Of a stretch of 64,000 bases of DNA, positions 53,564 to 61,771 are shown one piece after another; within the stretch, counting starts at the first letter, position 1, and every line of letters begins with the position of its first letter. The notes below the pieces were generated by a model that worked only from the letters and a program-made list of their open reading frames with translations, was not told the DNA's origin and searched no databases. Position numbers and translations under genes: made by a program. The DNA comes from a virus, in IMG/VR virus record IMGVR_UViG_3300045996_003734, positions 45,167 to 109,166 of that record; one strand, 5' to 3'.

Positions 53564-54291
53564 CAGCCTACTCCTCCGAATCCAATCGGGGTGACGCCCA
53601 CGTGCCACTGGCCGGGGGTTGCGTCGGCGCCGCTGTCGACGGCGATCGAGAAGTCAGTGGTGGACGGCAGCGCGTCGCGCAGCACGGCACGGGCGCGCTC
53701 GACGATCGCGAGCTCCGCGCTGGTCAGAGAGCCCGTGTGGCCGACCGCGAACAGTACTCGCACGACTTGGTCGGACGAGTACGCCGGACACTGCACGTGC
53801 CCTCGCTCGAGCACAAAGGGTGGCTCCTCGAGGTCGGTAGCGAGCGGCCCGAATACCCGCCCGTCCTGCACGGTGGCCGCCTGGTCGTGGGGCGACTCGA
53901 TGAGCGAGAAGCGCGCGTCCACCGCTTCAAGACGCTCGGCAAGGGTCGGCGTGTCGCTCGCTGCGCGCTTCGTCCACGCCTCGGTGACCACCAGCCGGCG
54001 CTGCGCCTCAGTGGCGTTCGTCTCGGGGATGATGCCGAGGATGCGCTCGTAGTAGGGCAGCAGGTCCGTCGCCAAGTGGGGGAAGGCCTGCAGCAGCGCG
54101 CGCCGGCAATGGCTCGCGCCAGCCGCCAGGCCCTTCGCTTCAGAGCGCCGCCACAGGCCCTCAATGCCGCGGTCGTTGGGCGCGCTGCCGCCCTCCCCGA
54201 CCGCGTTGCGGAGCGTCTCGTACGCGCGCTGCGTCGGCGTCGGGCCGCCGCCCACGCGAAACGGCAGCGGGTTGTAGCTGCCCAACGGCAT
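53563..54291 (-). CDS. Baseplate wedge protein (Mu gp48/DUF2313-like)
   Basis: P..ATDLLP.YERILGI......T...RR motif. Confidence 0.75.
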   Translation of the reverse strand: MPLGSYNPLPFRVGGGPTPTQRAYETLRNAVGEGGSAPNDRGIEGLWRRSEAKGLAAGASHCRRALLQAFPHLATDLLPYYERILGIIPETNATEAQRRLVVTEAWTKRAASDTPTLAERLEAVDARFSLIESPHDQAATVQDGRVFGPLATDLEEPPFVLERGHVQCPAYSSDQVVRVLFAVGHTGSLTSAELAIVERARAVLRDALPSTTDFSIAVDSGADATPGQWHVGVTPIGFGGVG

Positions 54292-54785
54292 CAGAACACC
54301 TCGAGCCAGAACGGATGGTCGACGCCCGTGCCCGCGGCGTCCCACAAGCGCACGTTGATCACGAGCGGGTTGCCGGCATCGCGCCACGCGTGCGCCTCAA
54401 TGCGCTGCGAGAACGAACTCAGGTCGCGGTGACAGGTCACCCGCGCCGCGAACAGGACCGTCGCGATGTCGACGGCCTCCTGGTCCTTGTAGTTGGCGGC
54501 GAAAGTGTAGGTGTACGCGCCGGCGCCGCTGCGCGCGAGCTCAGGGTGGAGCTGCGCGTTCTCGGGGTTCCACGCCTCGGCCTGGTGCGCGACGGCGAAC
54601 GCTCCCCCGGTGTAGCTGGCGATCACCGCAGCACGCGGGACGACGAGGTTCATGCCGGCAACCGCGTGGAATGCTGCGTTAAACTGCCGGTCGCCGATGT
54701 CGTTCTCCGGCTGCTCCACCGGGATGGTGTTGACGAATTTAGGCCCGAGCAGGCTGCGCAGGAAGCGAGTGGGGAAGCTGGACAT
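54291..54785 (-). CDS. Hypothetical baseplate-region protein
   Basis: Coupled between gpJ and the gp48-like gene. Confidence 0.6.
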   Translation of the reverse strand: MSSFPTRFLRSLLGPKFVNTIPVEQPENDIGDRQFNAAFHAVAGMNLVVPRAAVIASYTGGAFAVAHQAEAWNPENAQLHPELARSGAGAYTYTFAANYKDQEAVDIATVLFAARVTCHRDLSSFSQRIEAHAWRDAGNPLVINVRLWDAAGTGVDHPFWLEVF

Positions 54786-56383
54786 CAGATCTCGTAGAGG
54801 CCGACGTGCCCGCAGACGAGCATGTTCGGGCCGAGCATGAGGTTGGTCGGATAGGTTGGGATGGTCTGCGAAATGTCGGCCAGCTCGCCGTCGGCGGACG
54901 AGCCACCGAGCGCCTCGATGACGCGCGTCGCGAGCAGTGCTCCCGCGCGGAAGGGCTGTTCCTCAACAGCGCTGGGGAACCGCCCGCCGCGTCCGCCGCG
55001 AACGTCCTCGTCGAGGTCGAAGAGCTGGCCAGGACCGAGCCCATCGAAGTACGCGGTGATTGCGTCCTGCACGAGTAGGGCGCGCGTGTTCTTCAGAGCC
55101 GGGCTTACGCGCTGTCCGACCTGCACCCCGCCGGCGGGCGGCGCGCTGAGTTGTACTCGGTAGACCGAGCCGCCGAGGTCGGTCACGGTTTCAGGCGATA
55201 GCTGTACGAAGCGCGACTCCGCTCGATGCCAAAGCATCATCTGCGGCGCTTGCGCTCCGCTCAACGCGGCGCCGGCCAGCTGAGCAGGCAGCGTCGCATC
55301 CGCTGGGCACGAGATCGTGAAGTCGGTATGGCTGGTCCAACCAACCACGCGCGGCGTGGTCGCGTGATACGAGGGGAAGGGCCGCGCATCGACGAAGCCA
55401 GCCGCGCTGCCCTTCTGCAGACTCAAGCGCAGGGCTACGTCGCAGTACTCGGGGTTCCATCCGGTGACGACCACGAACGCTCGGGACGGGAACACCGGCG
55501 AGAGCGGAGGCGTCAGGTAGCCGATCGCCGCCGCAAGCGTGCCGGGACTAGGCTGCCGCCCGAGCGGCCCAGTCGTCACGCGCTTCTGGGTGATGCAGAC
55601 CAGCGTCGAACCCGCGTAGAACGCACACGGGTAGACGAAGCCTTCGCCGATCGCGTTAGACGCCGCGCGCGCCCAGGCGCGCACGTGGGAGTCGTTGCCG
55701 CCACCAGGCCGGTGACGGATGATTCCCGCGATGCGCGCGGCTTGCTCGGCGTCCGTCTCGCGGTCCGTTCCGCCGGAAAAGTCCTGGGCGACCGTCGCCT
55801 GCGGTCCCATGTTGGGGTCGCGCGTGATCCAGGTGAGCTGCGCCCCCGCCGTCGGGTTGGTTCCGATGCCAACGCCAACGCACTGCAGGGTCACCTGCAG
55901 GACGCCCGTCCCATCGATGACGCCGCCCGTGATCGCCTGGTAGACGTTGCCCGCGCCGTCACGTGCCTTGTACGCGCTCGGGTCGCCGAGCGTCGTCGAG
56001 GCCAGGACGATCGTGTCGGGCACGCCCGGGACGTTCACCGCGCCGCTGCCGCCGGTCGCGTCCAGCTTCCTCTCGCCCCAAAGGCGTGCATGGTAGCCCT
56101 CGAGCCACTTCGTCGACGCGCGCTCGAGCCGAATCTGGTCAGCCAGCCAGAGCGCTTTGCGCTGCTCGCTCTGCCCGTAATCGTCGATGGCCTGTGCCGC
56201 TACGTACCAGCGCGAGCGCGGCTGCGTGGCACGCTGGATTTCGTCGAACGTGAACGGCTGCCCCGTCTCCGGATTCGTGAGCGAGCGGAGGCCTTCGCGG
56301 AAGTTCGCGAGCACGACGCGGTCACGGATGTGCCCGACCGGCAGCACAGCGAACTCCCGGTCTACGGGCGTGGCTAACGGCAT
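54785..56383 (-). CDS. Baseplate J-like protein (Mu gp47)
   Basis: FSGGTDRETD.E...RI, GGN...WA motifs. Confidence 0.88.
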   Translation of the reverse strand: MPLATPVDREFAVLPVGHIRDRVVLANFREGLRSLTNPETGQPFTFDEIQRATQPRSRWYVAAQAIDDYGQSEQRKALWLADQIRLERASTKWLEGYHARLWGERKLDATGGSGAVNVPGVPDTIVLASTTLGDPSAYKARDGAGNVYQAITGGVIDGTGVLQVTLQCVGVGIGTNPTAGAQLTWITRDPNMGPQATVAQDFSGGTDRETDAEQAARIAGIIRHRPGGGNDSHVRAWARAASNAIGEGFVYPCAFYAGSTLVCITQKRVTTGPLGRQPSPGTLAAAIGYLTPPLSPVFPSRAFVVVTGWNPEYCDVALRLSLQKGSAAGFVDARPFPSYHATTPRVVGWTSHTDFTISCPADATLPAQLAGAALSGAQAPQMMLWHRAESRFVQLSPETVTDLGGSVYRVQLSAPPAGGVQVGQRVSPALKNTRALLVQDAITAYFDGLGPGQLFDLDEDVRGGRGGRFPSAVEEQPFRAGALLATRVIEALGGSSADGELADISQTIPTYPTNLMLGPNMLVCGHVGLYEI

Positions 56384-56838
56384 CAGCCTACCGCCCTTCC
56401 CAGCAACTGATTCAGCGCCAGCGGCACCATGCGCGCCTGGTTTCGCGCGACGTTGAAGTAGTGCACCTGGATTTCCACGGTGTCGACGACCTCGACGTAC
56501 TCGAGGCGATCGAGCGAGATTTGCTTCGTGCTCGTCAGGTGGTCCAGCGCGAGCCGAACCTCTTCGCGGAAGAACGACTCGAGCTGCGGAGTGATGAGCT
56601 TCGCTTCTCGGAAGTTGTGCCCCACGTCCTCGACCGCGCTGCCGGAGGCCTTCGCCGTGCGCAGCGCCGTGAAGACGGCCGCATCCGTGGGGTCGAAGCC
56701 GCGCTCAATTGAGAGCAGCTCGCCCGTCGCAAAGTCGACGGGGTCGGCGAGCATGCCGATCGGCTCGCCGGTAGCCACGAAGTGGACCGGCGTGAAAAAG
56801 ACAGCTGGCGTTACACCTGCCTGCGGGAGCGACGTCAC
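56383..56838 (-). CDS. Baseplate protein (Mu gp46/gpW-like)
   Basis: 151 aa; directly upstream of gpJ. Confidence 0.65.
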   Translation of the reverse strand: MTSLPQAGVTPAVFFTPVHFVATGEPIGMLADPVDFATGELLSIERGFDPTDAAVFTALRTAKASGSAVEDVGHNFREAKLITPQLESFFREEVRLALDHLTSTKQISLDRLEYVEVVDTVEIQVHYFNVARNQARMVPLALNQLLGRAVG

Positions 56839-56865
56839 CCTGCAGGCTACCTGCGAGGGCTCTTG

Positions 56866-57591
56866 CTAACCCGGGCAGCACATCCCCGTGTACAGAACGG
56901 GAGCGACGCATGCCTGAGGCACCGGGAAGGAGCCGACGCACGACGTGAAGACAGGCTTGTCTTGCGGGCAGGCCGCGTACGGCTTTCCCCAGTCGCGCCC
57001 AGCATCCCGCATGCATTGCAGGCAGCACCAGCTGCTTTCCCCGTCGCCAGCGGGCTGGTTCGCGGAGCCAACACAAGGGGGTCGTGGCGGAGCCGCCTCG
57101 TTGCGGCAGAGCCAGACCTTGGGCTGAGGAAACGTGGCGCCGCCGCAGAGTTGGGCAGGATTCGCGCCTGTGCGTTCTTCGCAGTTTACGCTCCAAGGAA
57201 CGGGCTCCGCCCCGCCCGCGCCGCCTCCACCCTTCCCGCCACTGCCTGCCGCGCTCCCCCCGACACCAGCACCGCCTGAGGCGCCGCCTCCTGGGCCGCT
57301 GCCACCCCGTCCCCCGGCGCCACCTGGGCGATCCGGCTCGCCGCCGACACCTGCACCACCGTCGACAACCGGCGGAGCGCCCGCATGTCCGGCGTCGCTC
57401 GGCGTAGTACCTTTTCCAGCACTGCCGCCGTCGCTCGGCTCGCCCGCGCTCGCGGTGCCCGCTACCGAAGGAGCCTCGCCGCCGGTGCTCGCTCCGCTCT
57501 CGCCGCCATCTTGCGGGTTTGGCGTCTTATCCTCACCCGAACATGCGATGCAGAGTGCGAGAGCGAGCAGAGTCCAGGCGTATTTGCCCAT
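56866..57591 (-). CDS. Lipoprotein with Gly-rich linker and Cys-rich C-domain (moron)
   Basis: MGKYAWTLLALALCIAC lipobox; sigma70-like promoter 7 nt upstream of ATG 57591. Confidence 0.75.
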   Translation of the reverse strand: MGKYAWTLLALALCIACSGEDKTPNPQDGGESGASTGGEAPSVAGTASAGEPSDGGSAGKGTTPSDAGHAGAPPVVDGGAGVGGEPDRPGGAGGRGGSGPGGGASGGAGVGGSAAGSGGKGGGGAGGAEPVPWSVNCEERTGANPAQLCGGATFPQPKVWLCRNEAAPPRPPCVGSANQPAGDGESSWCCLQCMRDAGRDWGKPYAACPQDKPVFTSCVGSFPVPQACVAPVLYTGMCCPG

Positions 57592-57598
57592 TCGACCC

Positions 57599-57640
57599 AC
57601 GCTAGCCATGCGCTCCCATCGCGTCAACGGGCGGTTGACG
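57599..57640. promoter_or_regulatory. Divergent sigma70-like promoter region; leftward TTGACG-17-TAGCGT
   Basis: Back-to-back TTGACG at 57622-57627 (-) and 57635-57640 (+). Confidence 0.6.
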
Positions 57641-57671
57641 GTGCCGCCACGAACCTATTTCCTGGGTGGTC

Positions 57672-58238
57672 ATGGCCAAGGGGAAAGGCGGCAACGTCGG
57701 TTGCCTAGGACTCTTCATCGTGATGCTGCCCTTCTGGTGGGCGTACGACAAGTGCACCGGCGGTGACGAGCGACGCGCTCAGGAGAAGATCGTGGCCGAG
57801 ACCCAGGAGGTCGCTCGCCAAGCAGCTGCCGCGGCGCAGGTTCGCCGCGTGGCGCAGGCGAGGGCCGAGCAGGAAGCGGCGCTGGCCGCTGCGAAGGTCG
57901 AAGTGCGCCGAGGCCAACTCGCCCAGCTTGCAGCGTGGAAGCCCTACCAACGATCGCAGGCGCTCGCGCAGTGCTTCAAGTCGGAGTGCCCTGACGGCGT
58001 TCCGGACGAAGCGGCGCTGCTCGAGTCGGCGAAGAGCGACGCCGAGCGGAAGCAGCTCAGCGCGATGAAGGGCCAACTCGAGAAGGCGCAGGAGCGCGCC
58101 GAGAAGGCTGCCTCTCGCTCAAGCGCCGCGCTTCGTTGCTGCGACGGTTCGCTCTCGCCCAAATGCACCTGCGGCGGCGGTCGCCGCGGTTGCTGCTCGA
58201 GGCACGGTGGCGTCTGCGGTTGCTCTGCCGACGACTAG
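57672..58238 (+). CDS. Membrane-anchored protein with Cys-rich DUF3761-like C-terminus (moron)
   Basis: N-terminal TM, coiled coil, CCDG..S..C.C...RGCCS.HGGVCGC. Confidence 0.7.
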   Translation: MAKGKGGNVGCLGLFIVMLPFWWAYDKCTGGDERRAQEKIVAETQEVARQAAAAAQVRRVAQARAEQEAALAAAKVEVRRGQLAQLAAWKPYQRSQALAQCFKSECPDGVPDEAALLESAKSDAERKQLSAMKGQLEKAQERAEKAASRSSAALRCCDGSLSPKCTCGGGRRGCCSRHGGVCGCSADD

Positions 58239-58552
58239 GGATCGAGTGGACAGAACAGCGCGGGCAGTCCGGGCAACGACGGCAGCGACGGCACCGCGAG
58301 CCCGGGCAACCCGAACCCCGGCAGCGGCAGCGAGGGCAGGCCCGGGAGCGACGGGAGAGCCGGCAGCCCCGGGAGCGCCGGAAGGCTCGGCACGGCCAGC
58401 GAGGGCAGCGCGAATCCCGGCAGCGGCAGCGCGGGGAGCCCGGGCAGGGGCGGGAGCGCCGGCAGGCCCGGCAGCACTGGCAACACTGGCAGCGCGAGCC
58501 CCGGCAGGCCGAACCCCGGCAGCGGCAGCGGCGGGAAAGCGCAGCGGCTCAC
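58235..58552 (-). CDS. Leu-Pro-X repeat protein
   Basis: About 30 LPX triplets between SRC and FCPLD ends; coupled to the upstream gene. Confidence 0.6.
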   Translation of the reverse strand: MSRCAFPPLPLPGFGLPGLALPVLPVLPGLPALPPLPGLPALPLPGFALPSLAVPSLPALPGLPALPSLPGLPSLPLPGFGLPGLAVPSLPSLPGLPALFCPLDP

Positions 58553-58875
58553 GACACCGTTCCGGAGGCGCTACCGGTGGCGGTGGTCGTCCCGGTCTGC
58601 GCCGTTGCTGAGCCGATCGTCGACACGGCGATCCCGCTCGCCACCGTCGCCGACACGGTCGCGTTGTCCTTAATGTGCGAAATGATTTTCGCGATCGCGC
58701 GAGCCATCACCGCGAGCTGCTCGAGCGCTTTCGCCTTCGCCACTGGGTTTGCGTCGAGACTCGAGAGGTCGTTGCCCTCCACCAGCACGTCGAAGACCTC
58801 GCCTGCGGCACCGGTGCTCGTCGTCACGACTCCGGTCAGCGCGTTGATCACTATCGACCCTTCGACCATTGCCAT
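58549..58875 (-). CDS. Hypothetical spike-associated protein
   Basis: A.AIA..I..HIK.NA.V motif; G/T-rich end. Confidence 0.6.
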   Translation of the reverse strand: MAMVEGSIVINALTGVVTTSTGAAGEVFDVLVEGNDLSSLDANPVAKAKALEQLAVMARAIAKIISHIKDNATVSATVASGIAVSTIGSATAQTGTTTATGSASGTVS

Positions 58876-58886
58876 AGCGAGAACTC

Positions 58887-59603
58887 CTAGAGAGGGCTCA
58901 CGAAAACGCTCGGGGAAGGCGGGGACGCGGGCCCAGCGAGCAGGGGGATGCCCGTCTCCGCCGAGGCACCGAGGTAGACGTTGCCCTTCAGCATGATCTT
59001 CGGCGCCTGCAGCGTGAACTCGCCCGGCTTGGCGCGGAGGAAGGTGTCCGAGTCGAGCAGCGCCACGAGGCCATCCTCCTTGGTGAGCGAGAGCTGGTAG
59101 CCCTCTCCGTGGGTGATGCTGATGCTCTCGTTCCCCTCGGTGGGGTCCACAATGATCGCGTGCGCCTTGGTCGGAACGCCGCCGACGAACGCGTAGGGTA
59201 CGTAGAGCGTCATGACGCTCTCCTGTGCCGCGTTGTCGTCGAAGCTCAGGAAGCCCCCGCCGTAGCTGCTGAGCCCCGTCGTGCCGACCTTCGGAGGCAA
59301 CGTCGTCTGCAGGCGCAGGTCGCGGGCAACCAGCGGAATCAGCCCACCACCCTTGCGCACGGCGATGCCCTCCGCGCCCACCTGCTTTCCGCCAAGGTCG
59401 GCCGGCGGCCGTGGGCGCCACACGACGGGTCCGGTGTACTGCTCCTTGTCCGTGAACTTCTCGCCGGCGCCTTCGCCGAGCGGGTCGTCTACGTCGCCGA
59501 CCGCGCCCTCCCCGCCCCACAGCACGGCGCTGTGCTCGCCCACGACGGTGGAGCCGAGGATCCGCACGAAGCTCAGCGCCCAGTCACTCAGGTGAGAAAC
59601 CAT
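58887..59603 (-). CDS. Baseplate spike/assembly protein (Mu gp45-like)
   Basis: Follows the hub gene; RD.R...P..G.T..YG..G pattern and beta-repeat C-terminus. Confidence 0.65.
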   Translation of the reverse strand: MVSHLSDWALSFVRILGSTVVGEHSAVLWGGEGAVGDVDDPLGEGAGEKFTDKEQYTGPVVWRPRPPADLGGKQVGAEGIAVRKGGGLIPLVARDLRLQTTLPPKVGTTGLSSYGGGFLSFDDNAAQESVMTLYVPYAFVGGVPTKAHAIIVDPTEGNESISITHGEGYQLSLTKEDGLVALLDSDTFLRAKPGEFTLQAPKIMLKGNVYLGASAETGIPLLAGPASPPSPSVFVSPL

Positions 59604-60742
59604 CAGAGAGCCCAAATCCCGCGACCACAGGCGGTCAGCGTGGTGGCGTGCGAGCGGTCCGCAGAGCCGGATTGCTTGCACTGGTACACGAGGTAGGGAC
59701 CGTTCGCGCCGCCAGCGATGTCCACGGACACGAAGGCGACGGTGTCGATTCCGTAGGCCACGCGCTGAGAGCCGGTCCAGTAGCTCAAACCGTCGGCCTC
59801 TAGCACCCACGAATCGGAGGCCAGTCGGCGCTTCATGAGCTCCCTTCGCGCGCGCGCGACGGCCTGCGACTGCGTGACAATTGACTCGTCGATGACCATC
59901 GCCGTGCGGTCGAGGAACGGGTCCACCCCAGCAAGCACCGGGTCCGAGGCCAGGAACTTGATTCGCGCTTTCGACTGGTCGCGCCCGCCCCCCACGCCGT
60001 ACACCCAGAGCTGCGTCGGCACGTCTTCGAAGTCTTCGGTCTTCGTCGCCGCGAGGAGGTTATTGGTGCGCGCAGCGATGCCTCGGTGCGCGGTCATGAA
60101 GTAGCTCGCGCTCTGCTCGTCGTTCGGCGCGCCGATCACGATGCGTCCGTCCGGCGCGTCCCACATCATCAAGTGGAAGCGCGAGAGATGCCGCTCGACG
60201 AAGGCCCACACGCTCTCCGGTGGGTGCGGCCGCGCCTCGTCTTCCTTCATGGCCGCGAGGTCGGGCGTGGCGGTGCCGCCCTTCCCCTTGCCCGTCACCA
60301 GGTCGCGCGCGAGGTCGGTGGCGAAGATGAAGTCGGCACTTGTGAGGCCCATGCGCGCGAAAGCCGCGAGCACTACTGCCTGCAGCGTTGTGTTGCTCAC
60401 TCCGATCTTGGGGTCGACCGCGGTGAACATCGCGTCCGCCAGCTTCGTGCGCACCACGACCTGGACGGTCCCGCCGGCGTCGGCCGACACGGCCAGGTTC
60501 CGCGTGAGCAGGCGCCCCGTGATGCGCGGCTTGTCGTTCACGCTCACCGAGAATTGCCCGCCGATCGCGAGCGCTTCGCGGATGGCCGACCACGTGCCGT
60601 CGTCGCCGAGCTCGAATCGCGCCGCGCTCGGCCCGGTGAGGTCGGTCAGGATCTCGTACTGCGTGGCGCGGTCGACGACGATGCTGAAGCCGCCGCCGCG
60701 GACGCTCTCGATGAGCACGGTGTCTCGAAGGCGTCGGGCCAT
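59603..60742 (-). CDS. Baseplate hub protein (Mu gpP/gp44-like)
   Basis: P.ESVW.F..R......MW..PDG..VI and NN motifs. Confidence 0.8.
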   Translation of the reverse strand: MARRLRDTVLIESVRGGGFSIVVDRATQYEILTDLTGPSAARFELGDDGTWSAIREALAIGGQFSVSVNDKPRITGRLLTRNLAVSADAGGTVQVVVRTKLADAMFTAVDPKIGVSNTTLQAVVLAAFARMGLTSADFIFATDLARDLVTGKGKGGTATPDLAAMKEDEARPHPPESVWAFVERHLSRFHLMMWDAPDGRIVIGAPNDEQSASYFMTAHRGIAARTNNLLAATKTEDFEDVPTQLWVYGVGGGRDQSKARIKFLASDPVLAGVDPFLDRTAMVIDESIVTQSQAVARARRELMKRRLASDSWVLEADGLSYWTGSQRVAYGIDTVAFVSVDIAGGANGPYLVYQCKQSGSADRSHATTLTACGRGIWAL

Positions 60743-60745
60743 GGG

Positions 60746-61768
60746 TTACTCCGCGAACACCTTCACGCTGGTCCCCTGCTCGATGTAGGAGAAGTCCTCG
60801 ACGTCGCTGTTAATCGACATAAGCTCGCGCGCGTTCTGTCGCAGCTCGGTGGCGATGAGCCAGATGGTGGTGCGACGCTGCGCGATGTAGCCGCGCGTCT
60901 TCGGGAGGGAGGCCAGCGCTTCCGCTTCCGCGTTGGCCGCGAGCTCAAGCAGGGCGAGGAGCTTGGCTCGAGCGCTCGCGCCCTCGGGGCCGTTCATCTG
61001 GTCCCGCCCCTCGTCGCCCGACGAGAAGGCGTTCATCAAAATCTTGCCCGCGCGCCGGAGCCGCTGGGCTTGCGCCGCGATGGCCTGCGCGAATTCGTTC
61101 GGCTGGTTGATCAGGTCCGCCAGACTGGCGGCGAGCTCGACGATGTTGGCCCCCGGGTCACCCAGGCCGCCGAAGTTGGAGACGCTCCGGAGGCTATCCG
61201 CGGCGGCCGCGCTCATGCCGTCCTGCTCAAGCGCGAACACAGCTTCCTCCGCGGCCCGCTTCACGTTGGCTTTGACGGCCACGGCCTCGAAGGCCTCGCG
61301 GTCAAGCGCGTCCTCGTTATCCTGCTTGAACGCGACGCTCAGCGACTCGCCACCGCGGTTTTCGTCCGAAGTGCCGCGGCGCTGCCAGGTGAGCGGCTTC
61401 ACTCGCAGCCCGCGCTTCCACGGCAGGTGCAGGGTCGCCGTCCTGCCGGTCTTGAACTGGCGCACGAGCGCCTCCAGCAGGTCCGGCCAAATCTGGATGC
61501 CCTGCGTGTCCAGCTCCGGCTCGCTGACGTCGTTGTTGAAGATGAAGCCCAGCGTGAAGACGTCCGGCATGGCCCCGGTCTCGTCGAGCTTGGCGCCCGG
61601 CTGCCAAGGGCGCACGCGCTCCACCACGCGCAAGCCGCCGTCCTCGCCCACCTCGCGTAGCGCGAGCAGCAGCGCGGTTTCCCCGTCGGCTTGGTACGAC
61701 GTCGGCCCGAGCAGGAGCCACGGATCGCCGTCCGTCTCCAGCGCGGTCGTGAGTTTCTCGCGAGCCAT
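60746..61768 (-). CDS. DNA circularization protein (Mu gpN-like), LysM-like C-terminus
   Basis: GG.RVV...RPW..GA..D.TG, L.LPW; follows the TMP. Confidence 0.75.
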   Translation of the reverse strand: MAREKLTTALETDGDPWLLLGPTSYQADGETALLLALREVGEDGGLRVVERVRPWQPGAKLDETGAMPDVFTLGFIFNNDVSEPELDTQGIQIWPDLLEALVRQFKTGRTATLHLPWKRGLRVKPLTWQRRGTSDENRGGESLSVAFKQDNEDALDREAFEAVAVKANVKRAAEEAVFALEQDGMSAAAADSLRSVSNFGGLGDPGANIVELAASLADLINQPNEFAQAIAAQAQRLRRAGKILMNAFSSGDEGRDQMNGPEGASARAKLLALLELAANAEAEALASLPKTRGYIAQRRTTIWLIATELRQNARELMSINSDVEDFSYIEQGTSVKVFAE

Positions 61769-61771
61769 TGG

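Noticed and set aside
58260-58530. Possible CRISPR array or DGR repeat
   Set aside because: Repeats are codon-phased LPX units with no unique spacers; no cas or reverse transcriptase gene seen.
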